The translations under genes and the position numbers were made by a program. Below the pieces are notes generated by a model. It was not told the origin of the DNA, made no database searches, and worked only from the letters and a program-made list of their open reading frames with translations. Source: an uncultured Candidatus Saccharibacteria bacterium (GTDB lineage: Bacteria > Patescibacteriota > Minisyncoccia > Phycocordibacterales > DSPV01). Taken from it: DNA of 64,000 nt. Positions 27,027 to 37,784 of this stretch are shown piece by piece (position 1 is the stretch's first letter; each line of letters begins with the position of its first letter). The DNA is taken from positions 459,589 through 523,588 of the forward strand of contig CAZTXT010000001.1 in the NCBI GenBank assembly GCA_964617735.1. The letters are read 5' to 3'.

Positions 27027-28349
27027 TTGACTTTCTCCCGTGTTATAATCCAGCGTATGGTAAAGAAGCTCCTACAAGACGTCCTACCTCCTGATAAAAG
27101 GTCTATTCGCCATATACCGCTGCCGAAGGATCGGGAAGTCGAGAAAAGCCCCCCGCCCGAAATTCCTAAACGCCGGAGTCGGAGTGGAAAAAGTATGCTG
27201 AGCCGATGGGGCATCGTGGTCTTCTCACTTCTGTTGCTTGTCGGCGCCGTGCTCGGAGCATCGTGGCTTTTCGCATCAGCAACGGTGGTGGTCACGCCTA
27301 AGCAGGCGACTGCCTCCCTCGACATGTCGTTGGAGCTCGGTCCGGGGGCGAATATGCTGCCGCAAGCGCAAGTTATGGCGACTTCCACGACCTCGACCGT
27401 AATAGCTTCCAGCAAGTTCGACACGGTAGAGCGCAAAGCGTCCGGACAGATCACTATTTTCAATAATTATTCAAATGATCCCCAGCGGCTTATAAAAAAC
27501 ACACGGTTCCAGGCCGCCGACGGGCGCATTTATCGCATCAGCAATTCGGTGATCGTTCCCGGCCAGCAGATCGAGAACGGAAAGAAAACACCGGGGAGCA
27601 TCACGACGCTCGTGTATGCCGATGCAGCAGGCCCCGATTACAATATGACGCTCTCCGATCTAAAGGGTGATTTTACGGTGCCCGGATTTAAAGGAACCCC
27701 ACGCTACGAGACGTTCTTCGCCCGTCTCAAAACTGATATCACCGGCGGGTTTTCAGGAAAGGAGCGGGTTCCCGATGCTACTACGCTCAATAACGCAGTC
27801 AATCAACTCAAAGCCAATTTAAGCGAAGAGCTCTGGAAACAACTTCAAACCGCCGTGCCTGCAAGTTACGCTACGTCCCGCAATCTTTACAGCACCGATT
27901 TTCAAGCGAGCACTGCCGACAACCCCTCCGGTGAAGGGATCGTGGTACAAGTCATCGGGACGGGACGTGCGTTCCTTCTCGATCGTTCCGCTGCGAGCAA
28001 GCTGATAGCCAGTCGGACGCTTCCGGGATACAACCAAGAAGATGTACTCATCGAAAATTTCGATGATATCAATTTCTCTCCCCGAGCTGGCACACCTTCG
28101 TCAGATACCGGGGTCGTGGTGCTCTCAGTCAAAGGGAACGCACACTTCGTGTGGCAGTTTGATGAGTCGAAAGTGGTTGCGGAACTCTCGGGAAGATCGA
28201 AAGCCGATACCAATTCGATCATGCGTGATTATCCAGCCATAGAAAAGGCCGAGGTTACGATAAAGCCGTCGTGGCTCACGCACTACCCTTCGCAGAGCAG
28301 CAAAGTGCATCTGATAATCGATCTTGGGCAAAAAGGATCAGGAAACTAA
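27027..28349 (+). CDS. hypothetical bitopic membrane protein with a large extracytoplasmic domain (440 aa)
   Basis: Basic/Pro-rich N-terminus, a single TM ('WGIVVFSLLLLVGAVLG'), then a ~380-aa beta-rich domain. Alternative start at 27057. Confidence 0.5.
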   Translation: MTFSRVIIQRMVKKLLQDVLPPDKRSIRHIPLPKDREVEKSPPPEIPKRRSRSGKSMLSRWGIVVFSLLLLVGAVLGASWLFASATVVVTPKQATASLDMSLELGPGANMLPQAQVMATSTTSTVIASSKFDTVERKASGQITIFNNYSNDPQRLIKNTRFQAADGRIYRISNSVIVPGQQIENGKKTPGSITTLVYADAAGPDYNMTLSDLKGDFTVPGFKGTPRYETFFARLKTDITGGFSGKERVPDATTLNNAVNQLKANLSEELWKQLQTAVPASYATSRNLYSTDFQASTADNPSGEGIVVQVIGTGRAFLLDRSAASKLIASRTLPGYNQEDVLIENFDDINFSPRAGTPSSDTGVVVLSVKGNAHFVWQFDESKVVAELSGRSKADTNSIMRDYPAIEKAEVTIKPSWLTHYPSQSSKVHLIIDLGQKGSGN

Positions 28350-28416
28350 CGGTTCAACCGGTCTGGTTGACTAACTATGCTTATGTCTGCTACTATAACC
28401 CAATCCCTGTAGCATA

Positions 28417-28632
28417 ATGGGAAAAGATAACGAAAAAGACACCACGGCAGGCGTCGTCATTGAGGCGTTGCCTAATACTCTTTTTAGGGTTAAAGTGGCT
28501 GATGGCACAGAAATGCTCGCGTATTTATCGGGGAAAATGCGGATAAACCGCATCCGAGTGCTTGTCGGCGATACCGTGGAGCTTGAGCTCGACCCATACG
28601 GGGGTAAAGGAAGGATTATCAAGAGAACATAG
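28417..28632 (+). CDS. infA: translation initiation factor IF-1
   Basis: '[43 protein letters not shown]' is an S1-like IF-1. Confidence 0.9.
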   Translation: MGKDNEKDTTAGVVIEALPNTLFRVKVADGTEMLAYLSGKMRINRIRVLVGDTVELELDPYGGKGRIIKRT

Positions 28633-28660
28633 GGACTCTTTTATTTTTGTCTCTTTTGCT

Positions 28661-28777
28661 ATGCGCGTACGAGCGTCGGTGAAAAAAATATGCAAGGAGT
28701 GCAAGATGGTCCGCAGAAAGGGCCATCTCTATGTTCTGTGTACTTCCGATGCTCGCCATAAGCAGCGGCAAGGCTAA
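28661..28777 (+). CDS. rpmJ: 50S ribosomal protein L36
   Basis: '[27 protein letters not shown]' is the zinc-ribbon L36. Confidence 0.85.
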   Translation: MRVRASVKKICKECKMVRRKGHLYVLCTSDARHKQRQG

Positions 28778-28790
28778 TTTTAGATATTGT

Positions 28791-29171
28791 ATGAGGATCG
28801 CCGGCATAACACTTCCAGAAAACAAACGTCTCGAGATAGCGCTTACCGCGCTCTATGGCGTCGGTCGTTCTCGCGCGCAGCACATCTTGCGCAAGGCAAA
28901 ACTTGATTTCGGGAAAAAACCTAAAGAACTTTCCGTCACTGAAGAGAACGAACTGAAAAAGCATATCGAGCAGTACAAGATCGAAGGGGATCTCAAGCGT
29001 CTGGTCGCGGGCAATATCAAGAGGCTCAAGGACATCAAGACATACCGCGGCATCCGCCATATGCGAGGACTTCCTTCCCGCGGTCAGCGTACAAAGACGA
29101 ATTCGCGCACGCGCCGCGGCAATATCCGCAAGACGATGGGTACGGGACGCAGGAAAGTAGAGAAGAAGTAA
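28791..29171 (+). CDS. rpsM: 30S ribosomal protein S13
   Basis: 'MRIAGITLPENKRLEIALTALYGVG...' matches S13. Confidence 0.9.
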   Translation: MRIAGITLPENKRLEIALTALYGVGRSRAQHILRKAKLDFGKKPKELSVTEENELKKHIEQYKIEGDLKRLVAGNIKRLKDIKTYRGIRHMRGLPSRGQRTKTNSRTRRGNIRKTMGTGRRKVEKK

Positions 29172-29179
29172 TTGATATC

Positions 29180-29608
29180 ATGGGTAAAAAAAGAGTCGCA
29201 AAACAAGAAGGAGAGTCAGGAGCGGGAAAATCCGTGGGCTCTTCGCGTTCTCTCAAACGCCAAATTGCTGCAGCGGTGCTGCATGTGGATTCGACCTATA
29301 ACAATACTCGATTGACCCTCGCCGACAGCAAAGGCAACGCACTCACATGGTCTTCGAGCGGGACGTTGGGCTTCAAGGGTGCGAAAAAAGGCACGCCATT
29401 TGCGGCCGCGAAAGTAGGGGAAGTTATCGCTGACCGCGCTTTAGGAATGGGGGTAAAGGAAGTATCCGTCATTGTTCGTGGCATCGGTTCCGGCCGCGAA
29501 TCCTCAATCAGGAGCTTCATCAACAAAGGCATCGCACTCAGTACCATAAAGGACGTCACGCCGATCCCGCACAATGGTCCTCGTCCGCCCCGACCAAGAC
29601 GCGTTTAG
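29180..29608 (+). CDS. rpsK: 30S ribosomal protein S11
   Basis: 'AAVLHVDSTYNNTRLTLADSKGNALTWSSSG...' matches S11. Confidence 0.9.
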   Translation: MGKKRVAKQEGESGAGKSVGSSRSLKRQIAAAVLHVDSTYNNTRLTLADSKGNALTWSSSGTLGFKGAKKGTPFAAAKVGEVIADRALGMGVKEVSVIVRGIGSGRESSIRSFINKGIALSTIKDVTPIPHNGPRPPRPRRV

Positions 29609-29630
29609 TATTTCATTCCTCGTAGCTTTT

Positions 29631-30242
29631 ATGTTGATCAAATCAAAATATAAGATCGCGCGCCGGCTGGGAACACCTATCTTTGAGAAAACTCAAACGC
29701 AAAAGTTCGCACTTGCCATGGCAAAGCGCAAGGAGAAATCAAGAAAACATCAGCGGACGCTCACCGATTTCGGCCGCCAGCTTTTGGAAAAGCAGAAAGT
29801 ACGCTACACCTACCTTATCAACGAACGCCAGCTCAAAAAGTACGTTCGGAATGTTCTCACAAAAAGAGGCGTCAAGCAGGATGAGAAAATCTTTGAGATT
29901 CTCGAGTTGCGCCTTGACAATGTCGCCTACCGTCTTGGTTTCGGTCCTACGCGGCTCGCCGTTCGCCAGCTCGTCACGCACGGGCATCTCTGCGTCAACG
30001 GAAAGCGCGTCAATATCCCCTCGTATACTCTGAAAGCTTCCGATGTCGTGAGCGTGAGAGCCCAAAGTCTTGGCAAAAAAGTGTTTTTTGGCCTTGCAGA
30101 GAAACTCAAAGAGGTTTCGGTGCCCGGATGGCTTACCCTCGATCTACAAAAGCATGCCGGTACGGTAAAAGGGTTACCGAAACTCGAAGCGGGTGTTACC
30201 GGACTTGATTTCAATACCGTGCTTGAATTCTATAAACGCTAG
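29631..30242 (+). CDS. rpsD: 30S ribosomal protein S4
   Basis: Internal ATG start. 'YRLGFGPTRLAVRQLVTHGHLCVNGKRVNIPSY' is the S4 domain. Confidence 0.85.
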   Translation: MLIKSKYKIARRLGTPIFEKTQTQKFALAMAKRKEKSRKHQRTLTDFGRQLLEKQKVRYTYLINERQLKKYVRNVLTKRGVKQDEKIFEILELRLDNVAYRLGFGPTRLAVRQLVTHGHLCVNGKRVNIPSYTLKASDVVSVRAQSLGKKVFFGLAEKLKEVSVPGWLTLDLQKHAGTVKGLPKLEAGVTGLDFNTVLEFYKR

Positions 30243-30278
30243 GTCGTCAATTTACTTTATTAAAAATCTTTTTATACC

Positions 30279-31253
30279 ATGGCTGACTACAACATCATGC
30301 TTCCGTCGAAACCAAGAGTCGTTAAAGAGGACGATTTCATTGGGATTTACGAGATAGACAATCTCTATCCCGGCTACGGCCATACGTTGGGCAACTCGCT
30401 CCGGCGCATCATCCTCTCCTCGCTTCCCGGTGCAGCAATCACTTCGATAAAAATAGATGGCGTCAGCCATGAATTTTCGACCATTGAAGGTGTAAAAGAA
30501 GACGTCGTTACGATCATTTTGCACCTTAAAAAGATTCGTCTGCAGATGCTTACCGACGAGCCCCAAATGCTCTCTATTGAGGCAAAAGGCCCTACTGACA
30601 TCAAGGCTTCGGACCTAAAAGTGCCGGGGCAGGTCACCGTCTTAAATCCCGACCAGCATATCGCGTCAGTAACAGGAAAAAACAAAGAGCTCAATATCGA
30701 GCTTATGGTTGAGAAGGGTTTGGGGTATTTACCAAAGGAATTGATACAGAAGGAGCGCGTTGAAATAGGCTCTATTCGACTTGATGCGGCGTTTACCCCT
30801 ATCCGTAGGGTCAATTACGAAGTGGAGAACATGCGCGTCGGCAACCGGACAGATTTCAACCGCATGAAGCTCTACATCGAAACCGACGGGACTATTACTC
30901 CTCGCGAAGCATTGAGTAAATCCATTGAGATAATGATCAACCAGCTCAAGGCTATCATCGGGTTCAAGGAGGAGGTGATCGAGACCCCGACGCTAGAGGC
31001 GAAGACCAGTGCACCCGTTGAATCGCCGAAGAACTCGAAAGAGATCGATCCGGAAGTGCTCAAAACCCGCATTGAAACACTCGACCTTTCTTTGCGCACC
31101 GTCAATGCGCTTACCGCCGCCAATATCAGGACTGTCGGCGGCTTGGTCCGTAAACGTGAAGACGATATTTTGGATGTTGAAGGACTCGGGAACAAAGGCG
31201 TACAGGAAATAAAGAAGGCCCTCGGAAACATCGGGGTGAGCCTTAAGGAATAA
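30279..31253 (+). CDS. rpoA: DNA-directed RNA polymerase subunit alpha
   Basis: N-terminal assembly domain plus C-terminal 'LDLSLRTVNAL...' alpha-CTD HhH. Confidence 0.9.
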   Translation: MADYNIMLPSKPRVVKEDDFIGIYEIDNLYPGYGHTLGNSLRRIILSSLPGAAITSIKIDGVSHEFSTIEGVKEDVVTIILHLKKIRLQMLTDEPQMLSIEAKGPTDIKASDLKVPGQVTVLNPDQHIASVTGKNKELNIELMVEKGLGYLPKELIQKERVEIGSIRLDAAFTPIRRVNYEVENMRVGNRTDFNRMKLYIETDGTITPREALSKSIEIMINQLKAIIGFKEEVIETPTLEAKTSAPVESPKNSKEIDPEVLKTRIETLDLSLRTVNALTAANIRTVGGLVRKREDDILDVEGLGNKGVQEIKKALGNIGVSLKE

Positions 31254-31268
31254 GAGATTATCAGCACT

Positions 31269-31622
31269 ATGCGTCATCATCGCTCAAACAGAAAATTCGG
31301 ACGAGAAAGGGATCAGCGAAAAGCTCTGATGCGCTCTTTGGCGCTCTCGCTCATTTTCCACGGACACATCCGCACTACGGTAGAGAAGGCAAAAGAGCTC
31401 CGACCCTTTGTCGAGAAACTAATAACCCGTGCCAAAGATGCTTCTCTGAACTCTCGACGGCTTCTTCAGATGCGTATCGGTAGCGTAGCGGGTGCATCTA
31501 AGCTTATGAAAGATATCGCCCCGAAATATCAAAAGCGCATGGGAGGCTATACACGGGTAGCTAAACTCGCCTCTAGACGCAAGGATGGAAGCAGCATGGC
31601 GATCATTGAGCTAATCCAATAA
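31269..31622 (+). CDS. rplQ: 50S ribosomal protein L17
   Basis: 'MRHHRSNRKFGRERDQRKALMRSLA' matches L17. Confidence 0.9.
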   Translation: MRHHRSNRKFGRERDQRKALMRSLALSLIFHGHIRTTVEKAKELRPFVEKLITRAKDASLNSRRLLQMRIGSVAGASKLMKDIAPKYQKRMGGYTRVAKLASRRKDGSSMAIIELIQ

Positions 31623-31623
31623 C

Positions 31624-31971
31624 ATGAAGACCTATACTTTAAATGCAGAAGGTAAAAAGCTGGGGCGCGTGGCGAGCGAAGCCGCGAAGCTTATCATGGG
31701 TAAGAATCTAGCATCGTTCGCACGGAATATTTTCCCGGATGTATCGGTCGTGATCGAAAATGCCTCAAAAGCCGATATTTCAGAGCGCAAGCGCTCTTCA
31801 CTAACCTATAAACGCTACTCCGGCTATCCCGGCGGCCAGAAAGTTCTCGATGCAAAAGAGATCATCGCACGGAAAGGCTATTCTGAATTATTCCGAAAGG
31901 CAGTCTACGGGATGCTTCCGACGAATCGCCTTCGCCCCAAAATGATCAAACGTCTTATGGTAAAAGAATAA
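31624..31971 (+). CDS. rplM: 50S ribosomal protein L13
   Basis: 'GKKLGRVASEAAKLIMGK' matches L13. Confidence 0.85.
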   Translation: MKTYTLNAEGKKLGRVASEAAKLIMGKNLASFARNIFPDVSVVIENASKADISERKRSSLTYKRYSGYPGGQKVLDAKEIIARKGYSELFRKAVYGMLPTNRLRPKMIKRLMVKE

Positions 31972-31978
31972 AAAAACA

Positions 31979-32404
31979 ATGACACCGACTAAATCAGGAA
32001 CAGCCGCAAAGGCTGGAAAATACATTCGAGCGATTGGACGCAGAAAAACAGCCGTCGCAAGCGTACGCCTTTTCGAAGCCGCTAAGAACAGCTACACCGT
32101 CAATGGTAGGGAATTCCATGTTTATTTCCCGACGGAAACACTCCGTGCGACTGCATCGGCTCCTATCGCTAAAAACGATCTTCCGATTAAATTCCAAGTA
32201 CAGGCGATGATATCAGGCGGTGGTATCTCCGCGCAGGCAGGAGCGCTTCGGCATGCGCTTGCTCGTGCTCTGATACAGCACGATGGCGAACTTAGGAAGA
32301 AACTCAAAAAAGAAGGGTTCCTCGAACGCGATGCGCGAGCCAAAGAGCGCCGCAAATTCGGTCTCAAGAAAGCAAGAAAGGCGCCACAATGGAGCAAACG
32401 CTAG
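31979..32404 (+). CDS. rpsI: 30S ribosomal protein S9
   Basis: C-terminal 'KFGLKKARKAPQWSKR' matches S9. Confidence 0.9.
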   Translation: MTPTKSGTAAKAGKYIRAIGRRKTAVASVRLFEAAKNSYTVNGREFHVYFPTETLRATASAPIAKNDLPIKFQVQAMISGGGISAQAGALRHALARALIQHDGELRKKLKKEGFLERDARAKERRKFGLKKARKAPQWSKR

Positions 32405-32885
32405 TTTGCGCAATTGTGGCGAGGAATTGGGTCGGAAAGGGCAGCGTTTCTGCCCTTTCCGCGTAGGAGAGCAGTCCGCCGTAGGCGAGACGCTGAGAAC
32501 CGAGGGTTCTCAGGGAGGCCGTATCCTAACGGCCGACGCCTCATTGGTCGAAGTGCTAGAAATAGCAAACGGTTTTGCTATTTCTAGACGCAGAGACAGC
32601 CGGAGCGATGTTTGTTGTGACGCAAGCGTTAGCACGGATTTTTTGACAAAGAGTCAATATTATTTTCTGTTGTATTTTTCGCTTGACTCGATTGACGCCT
32701 TCGATTATCCTAGTATCCAGAAGATAGTTGATGTGGACATTTTGTTCGCAGAAACTCATCGCTGGCCGCCCCCTTCACTGGAGGCAACCAAACGACGAGA
32801 CGATTCTCGAACCAAACCCACATTCTACGAAAGGAGCGCAGCTAAGGCAGGGTAACACCTTCCGCAACCGCGCTCTTTCTTTTTG
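32405..32885 (+). ncRNA. candidate structured non-coding RNA or long structured UTR (unclassified)
   Basis: Series of perfect hairpins: ggaaagggcag-cgttt-ctgccctttcc (11 bp), gagaacc-gag-ggttctc, ggccg-tatcctaa-cggcc, ctagaaatagcaaa-cgg-tttgctatttctag (14 bp), cgaga-cgat-tctcg. Ends in a complex terminator gagcgc[...aagg-loop-cctt...]gcgctc + TTTCTTTTT at ~32840-32880. No credible ORF. Confidence 0.3.
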
Positions 32886-32902
32886 CCCGTAAAATACGTA
32901 TA

Positions 32903-33442
32903 ATGCCGCGTATCATGCATGAAGAGAACGATATCGAATTAGAGGAAGCCGATCCGTCCGATCAAATAAAGAAACTCAAGGAAAAACTGAAGACCTCACA
33001 AAAGGAGCGTCAAGAATTTTTAGACGGCTGGCAGAGAGCAAAAGCGGACCTCATCAATGCCCGCAAGCGTGACGAGGAAGACAAACGCAATTTCGCGCGC
33101 ATTGCGACCGAAGATCTCATCCACGAGCTTATCCCGGTGCTCTCAAGCTTTGATTCTGCAATGGCGAATAAAGATGCTTGGGAGAAGGTAGATAAAAATT
33201 GGCGTACGGGAGTAGAATACATCGCCAACCAACTGCGAAAAGCACTGACCGATCATGGACTTGTCGAAATCAACCCGCTCGGAGAGAAATTTGATCCCCA
33301 ACGCGATGAGCCTGTGGCGCATGTTCGGGTTGATGAGGAAAAGAATGACCAACGAATCATGGAAGTTGTTCAGAAAGGATATTCACTGAATGGAAAGACA
33401 CTCAAAGCCCCACGTGTTAAGGTTGGAGAACTTGGCAAATAG
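32903..33442 (+). CDS. grpE: nucleotide exchange factor GrpE
   Basis: Coiled-coil N-terminus and C-terminal 'IMEVVQKGYSLNGKTLKAPRVKV' GrpE beta-domain. -10 TATAAT lies 10 nt upstream of the ATG. Confidence 0.85.
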   Translation: MPRIMHEENDIELEEADPSDQIKKLKEKLKTSQKERQEFLDGWQRAKADLINARKRDEEDKRNFARIATEDLIHELIPVLSSFDSAMANKDAWEKVDKNWRTGVEYIANQLRKALTDHGLVEINPLGEKFDPQRDEPVAHVRVDEEKNDQRIMEVVQKGYSLNGKTLKAPRVKVGELGK

Positions 33443-33467
33443 ACATTTTGTGTTAAGATTGTTGCCA

Positions 33468-33779
33468 ATGATTTCTCCTACTCTTCAACCGCAAATCGTA
33501 GAAAAGATCGTTCGAAAGAACGGACGGCTTTTTAGCGTACGCGCTGCGCTCATCGAGATAGACGGGAAACCCTATGTCCGCGTTCTCTCTGCTACACCGA
33601 TTCAGACCATTGGAGATGCGTCAAAACAGAAGAGCAAGAAAGCATACGCACTTCCCGAGATAAGAACCAAGGCACAGTCGGAAGCTTTTGCATACAAAAT
33701 CGGAGAAACCGTATCTCCCTTTTTCTCAAATCTTGATTTCTTCATATCTCAAATGACCCGTGCCCCTGCACGACAATAA
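33468..33779 (+). CDS. hypothetical small protein (103 aa) between grpE and dnaK
   Basis: Start set at the internal ATG after the grpE stop. No motif recognised. Confidence 0.4.
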   Translation: MISPTLQPQIVEKIVRKNGRLFSVRAALIEIDGKPYVRVLSATPIQTIGDASKQKSKKAYALPEIRTKAQSEAFAYKIGETVSPFFSNLDFFISQMTRAPARQ

Positions 33780-33823
33780 AAAAGCCCCGCGTTGAGCGCG
33801 GAGCTTGTTGTGAAGAGAGATTC

Positions 33824-34087
33824 TTAGCTTTTACCGAAATCGATTTCAGGAGCAAAGCCAAGTACTTCTGTAACTCCTTCAAGGGCTTTCCGAAACAAGA
33901 TGATCAATTTCTTGTCATTAGGATTAAGCTCACAAACCATGACGACTTCCTCAGGGGAACCGACGAATCCGAGCAGGTCGTTAATATCCTTTTTGCGATC
34001 ACTTAAGCAAAAGGATAAACCTCCGTCCAGTTTCTTCTTAACTACAAGGAATGCCCGAGGATAAACTAAGTTTCTCTTATTAGCCAT
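33824..34087 (-). CDS. hypothetical small protein (87 aa)
   Basis: SD 'gaaagg' before the ATG. Minus-strand terminator (ccgcg-ctcaa-cgcgg + T-run) just after the stop. Divergent from dnaK. Confidence 0.5.
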   Translation of the reverse strand: MANKRNLVYPRAFLVVKKKLDGGLSFCLSDRKKDINDLLGFVGSPEEVVMVCELNPNDKKLIILFRKALEGVTEVLGFAPEIDFGKS

Positions 34088-34182
34088 AAATAATCTACCT
34101 TTCTGTTGATTGTTGGAACTGATCCTGTCAAAATATTAGCATATAATGCTATATTAGTCAAGTAATCAAACCATAACTAAAA

Positions 34183-36060
<1,878 letters not shown>

Positions 36061-36112
36061 GTAGCGGAAAGAAAAAGCGCCCTGCGGTTAAACCGCAGGG
36101 CGCGCTTCGGCA

Positions 36113-36571
36113 TTAGCGCCGCAAGCTGGGACACGTTATAAACCCGCAGATCGCATTCCATGGTGTTTGGTACGATGCCAAGCGAAGTGCCCGGCCGCCA
36201 CCACCCGTAGGACCTACCACGAAAACCCAAGAGTCAGTTTCCGAAACCCAAATGCGTGTTTTAAGAGCAACGATGAAAGTCTGCGTGCCTAAATCCCTGA
36301 ATGCTGCGCACAGCGACATGAGATCAAAGACGTCGCCAGCAACATTCTTATCAAGCCGCCCCTCAAACTCTTCGCTACTTATCAAACTATTGGGATAGTC
36401 AATAAACAACTCTAGGTATTTTTCAAAGTTCCCGAGATCGGGGACTCTGAATCGAAGCGTTTCGATCTTAGGGTCAATTGTCTCGAACTCACAGCGGTCG
36501 ATGTATTCGGCAAGGGTCAACCGGTGATCCCTGCTGACATAATATTCCTCACGATTAACATTCAGTGTCAT
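36113..36571 (-). CDS. hypothetical protein (152 aa) antisense between dnaK and dnaJ
   Basis: SD 'aaaggag' 8 nt before the ATG. Perfect 11-bp hairpin terminator (36077-36103) with a T-run on the minus strand. Confidence 0.55.
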   Translation of the reverse strand: MTLNVNREEYYVSRDHRLTLAEYIDRCEFETIDPKIETLRFRVPDLGNFEKYLELFIDYPNSLISSEEFEGRLDKNVAGDVFDLMSLCAAFRDLGTQTFIVALKTRIWVSETDSWVFVVGPTGGGGRALRLASYQTPWNAICGFITCPSLRR

Positions 36572-36719
36572 GGTGCTCCTTTCGTTGGGAATTCTTGCAA
36601 TAAGATAGCATATAATAATAGACTGGTCAAGTATTGCAACGCCGCCGTTAGTCTATAATAGGTTCAGTGATTATTCTATACGTCGGTATAAAATCTCTAA
36701 ACGCGCTACGCGAATAACA

Positions 36720-37775
36720 ATGCCTAAGAATTATTATGAGATCCTCGGGGTTGAAAAAACCGCTTCTAAAGATGACATCAAAAAAGCGTTCCGCAAACTC
36801 GCCCATAAATATCACCCCGACAAAAAAGGCGGCGACGCCGAAAAATTCAAGGAAGTGAACGAGGCCTACAGCGTGCTCTCCGACGAGCGGAAACGTGCAG
36901 AGTACGACTCTTATGGGAGGGTATTCAGCGAGGGAGGGAGCGGATCGGCGACCGACTGGGAAGATTTGGTGCGCAACTTCGGAGGGGCAGGAATAAATTT
37001 CGATGTTGGCGATATTTTCAATGAATTCTTCGGTGCCGGGCGGGAACGGGCGCATCGGGGACGTGATATCTCCATAGACCTTGAGCTTACGTTCCAAGAA
37101 TCGATCTTCGGCACCGAGCGCAACATCCTGTTGGGAAAAACCACGGTTTGCGAGACGTGCAAAGGCAATGGGGCAGCGCCGGGAAGCGAGATGCTCACCT
37201 GCAGCGTCTGCAACGGCCGCGGCAAGATCCACGAGACCAAGCGTTCATTCTTCGGCTCTTTCTCGACCGTAACCACCTGCGGTAACTGCCATGGGCGCGG
37301 AAAAGTCCCGAAGCAAAAATGTCCGACCTGCCACGGCGTCGGAGTCCGCCGCAAAGAAACCGATGTCGCATTGCGTATTCCAGCAGGTATCGAAGACGGA
37401 GAGGTCATTCGGCTCTCGGGGGGCGGTGAAGCGGTCGCCAACGGCTCGGCTGGAGATCTGTACGTCAAAGTACACGTTAAAAAACACCCGCTCTTCATCA
37501 AAGAAGGGAATAATCTGGTTACTACCCTGCGTATCAAACTTTCAACCGCGCTTTTAGGCGGAGAATACCACCTGCAATCGCTCGACGGCGAGATGACGGT
37601 GAAGATCCCTGCGGGAGTATCCATCGGAGAGATTCTTCGCGTGCGCAGCAAAGGCGTTCCCTACGAAAAAAGCAAACGAGGGGACCTGCTGATCAAATTA
37701 CACATCGAATTGCCCACGACGCTTAGCAAAGAGGCGCGCGTACTAGTTGAGGAACTCAAAAAAGAGGGCATTTAA
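36720..37775 (+). CDS. dnaJ: molecular chaperone DnaJ
   Basis: J-domain 'YHPDKK', four CxxCxGxG zinc-finger repeats, and a C-terminal substrate-binding domain. Confidence 0.95.
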   Translation: MPKNYYEILGVEKTASKDDIKKAFRKLAHKYHPDKKGGDAEKFKEVNEAYSVLSDERKRAEYDSYGRVFSEGGSGSATDWEDLVRNFGGAGINFDVGDIFNEFFGAGRERAHRGRDISIDLELTFQESIFGTERNILLGKTTVCETCKGNGAAPGSEMLTCSVCNGRGKIHETKRSFFGSFSTVTTCGNCHGRGKVPKQKCPTCHGVGVRRKETDVALRIPAGIEDGEVIRLSGGGEAVANGSAGDLYVKVHVKKHPLFIKEGNNLVTTLRIKLSTALLGGEYHLQSLDGEMTVKIPAGVSIGEILRVRSKGVPYEKSKRGDLLIKLHIELPTTLSKEARVLVEELKKEGI

Positions 37776-37784
37776 GAGCAATCT

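Noticed and set aside
32283-32855. 190-aa ORF spanning the rpsI 3' end and the structured intergenic region
   Set aside because: Its ATG lies inside rpsI. The downstream portion is Arg-rich low-complexity sequence and coincides with five perfect hairpins. I interpret it as RNA structure rather than coding sequence.
32405-32885. Attempt to classify the structured region as RNase P RNA, tmRNA or SRP RNA
   Set aside because: There is a 'GGAAAG' start, but it is part of a perfect local hairpin. No P10-P12 'GGUAAGAGCGCACC'-type or 'ACAGAANCCGGCUUA' motifs occur in the right order. There is no tRNA-like domain, no tag-peptide-plus-stop arrangement, and no SRP domain-IV motif. I left it unclassified.
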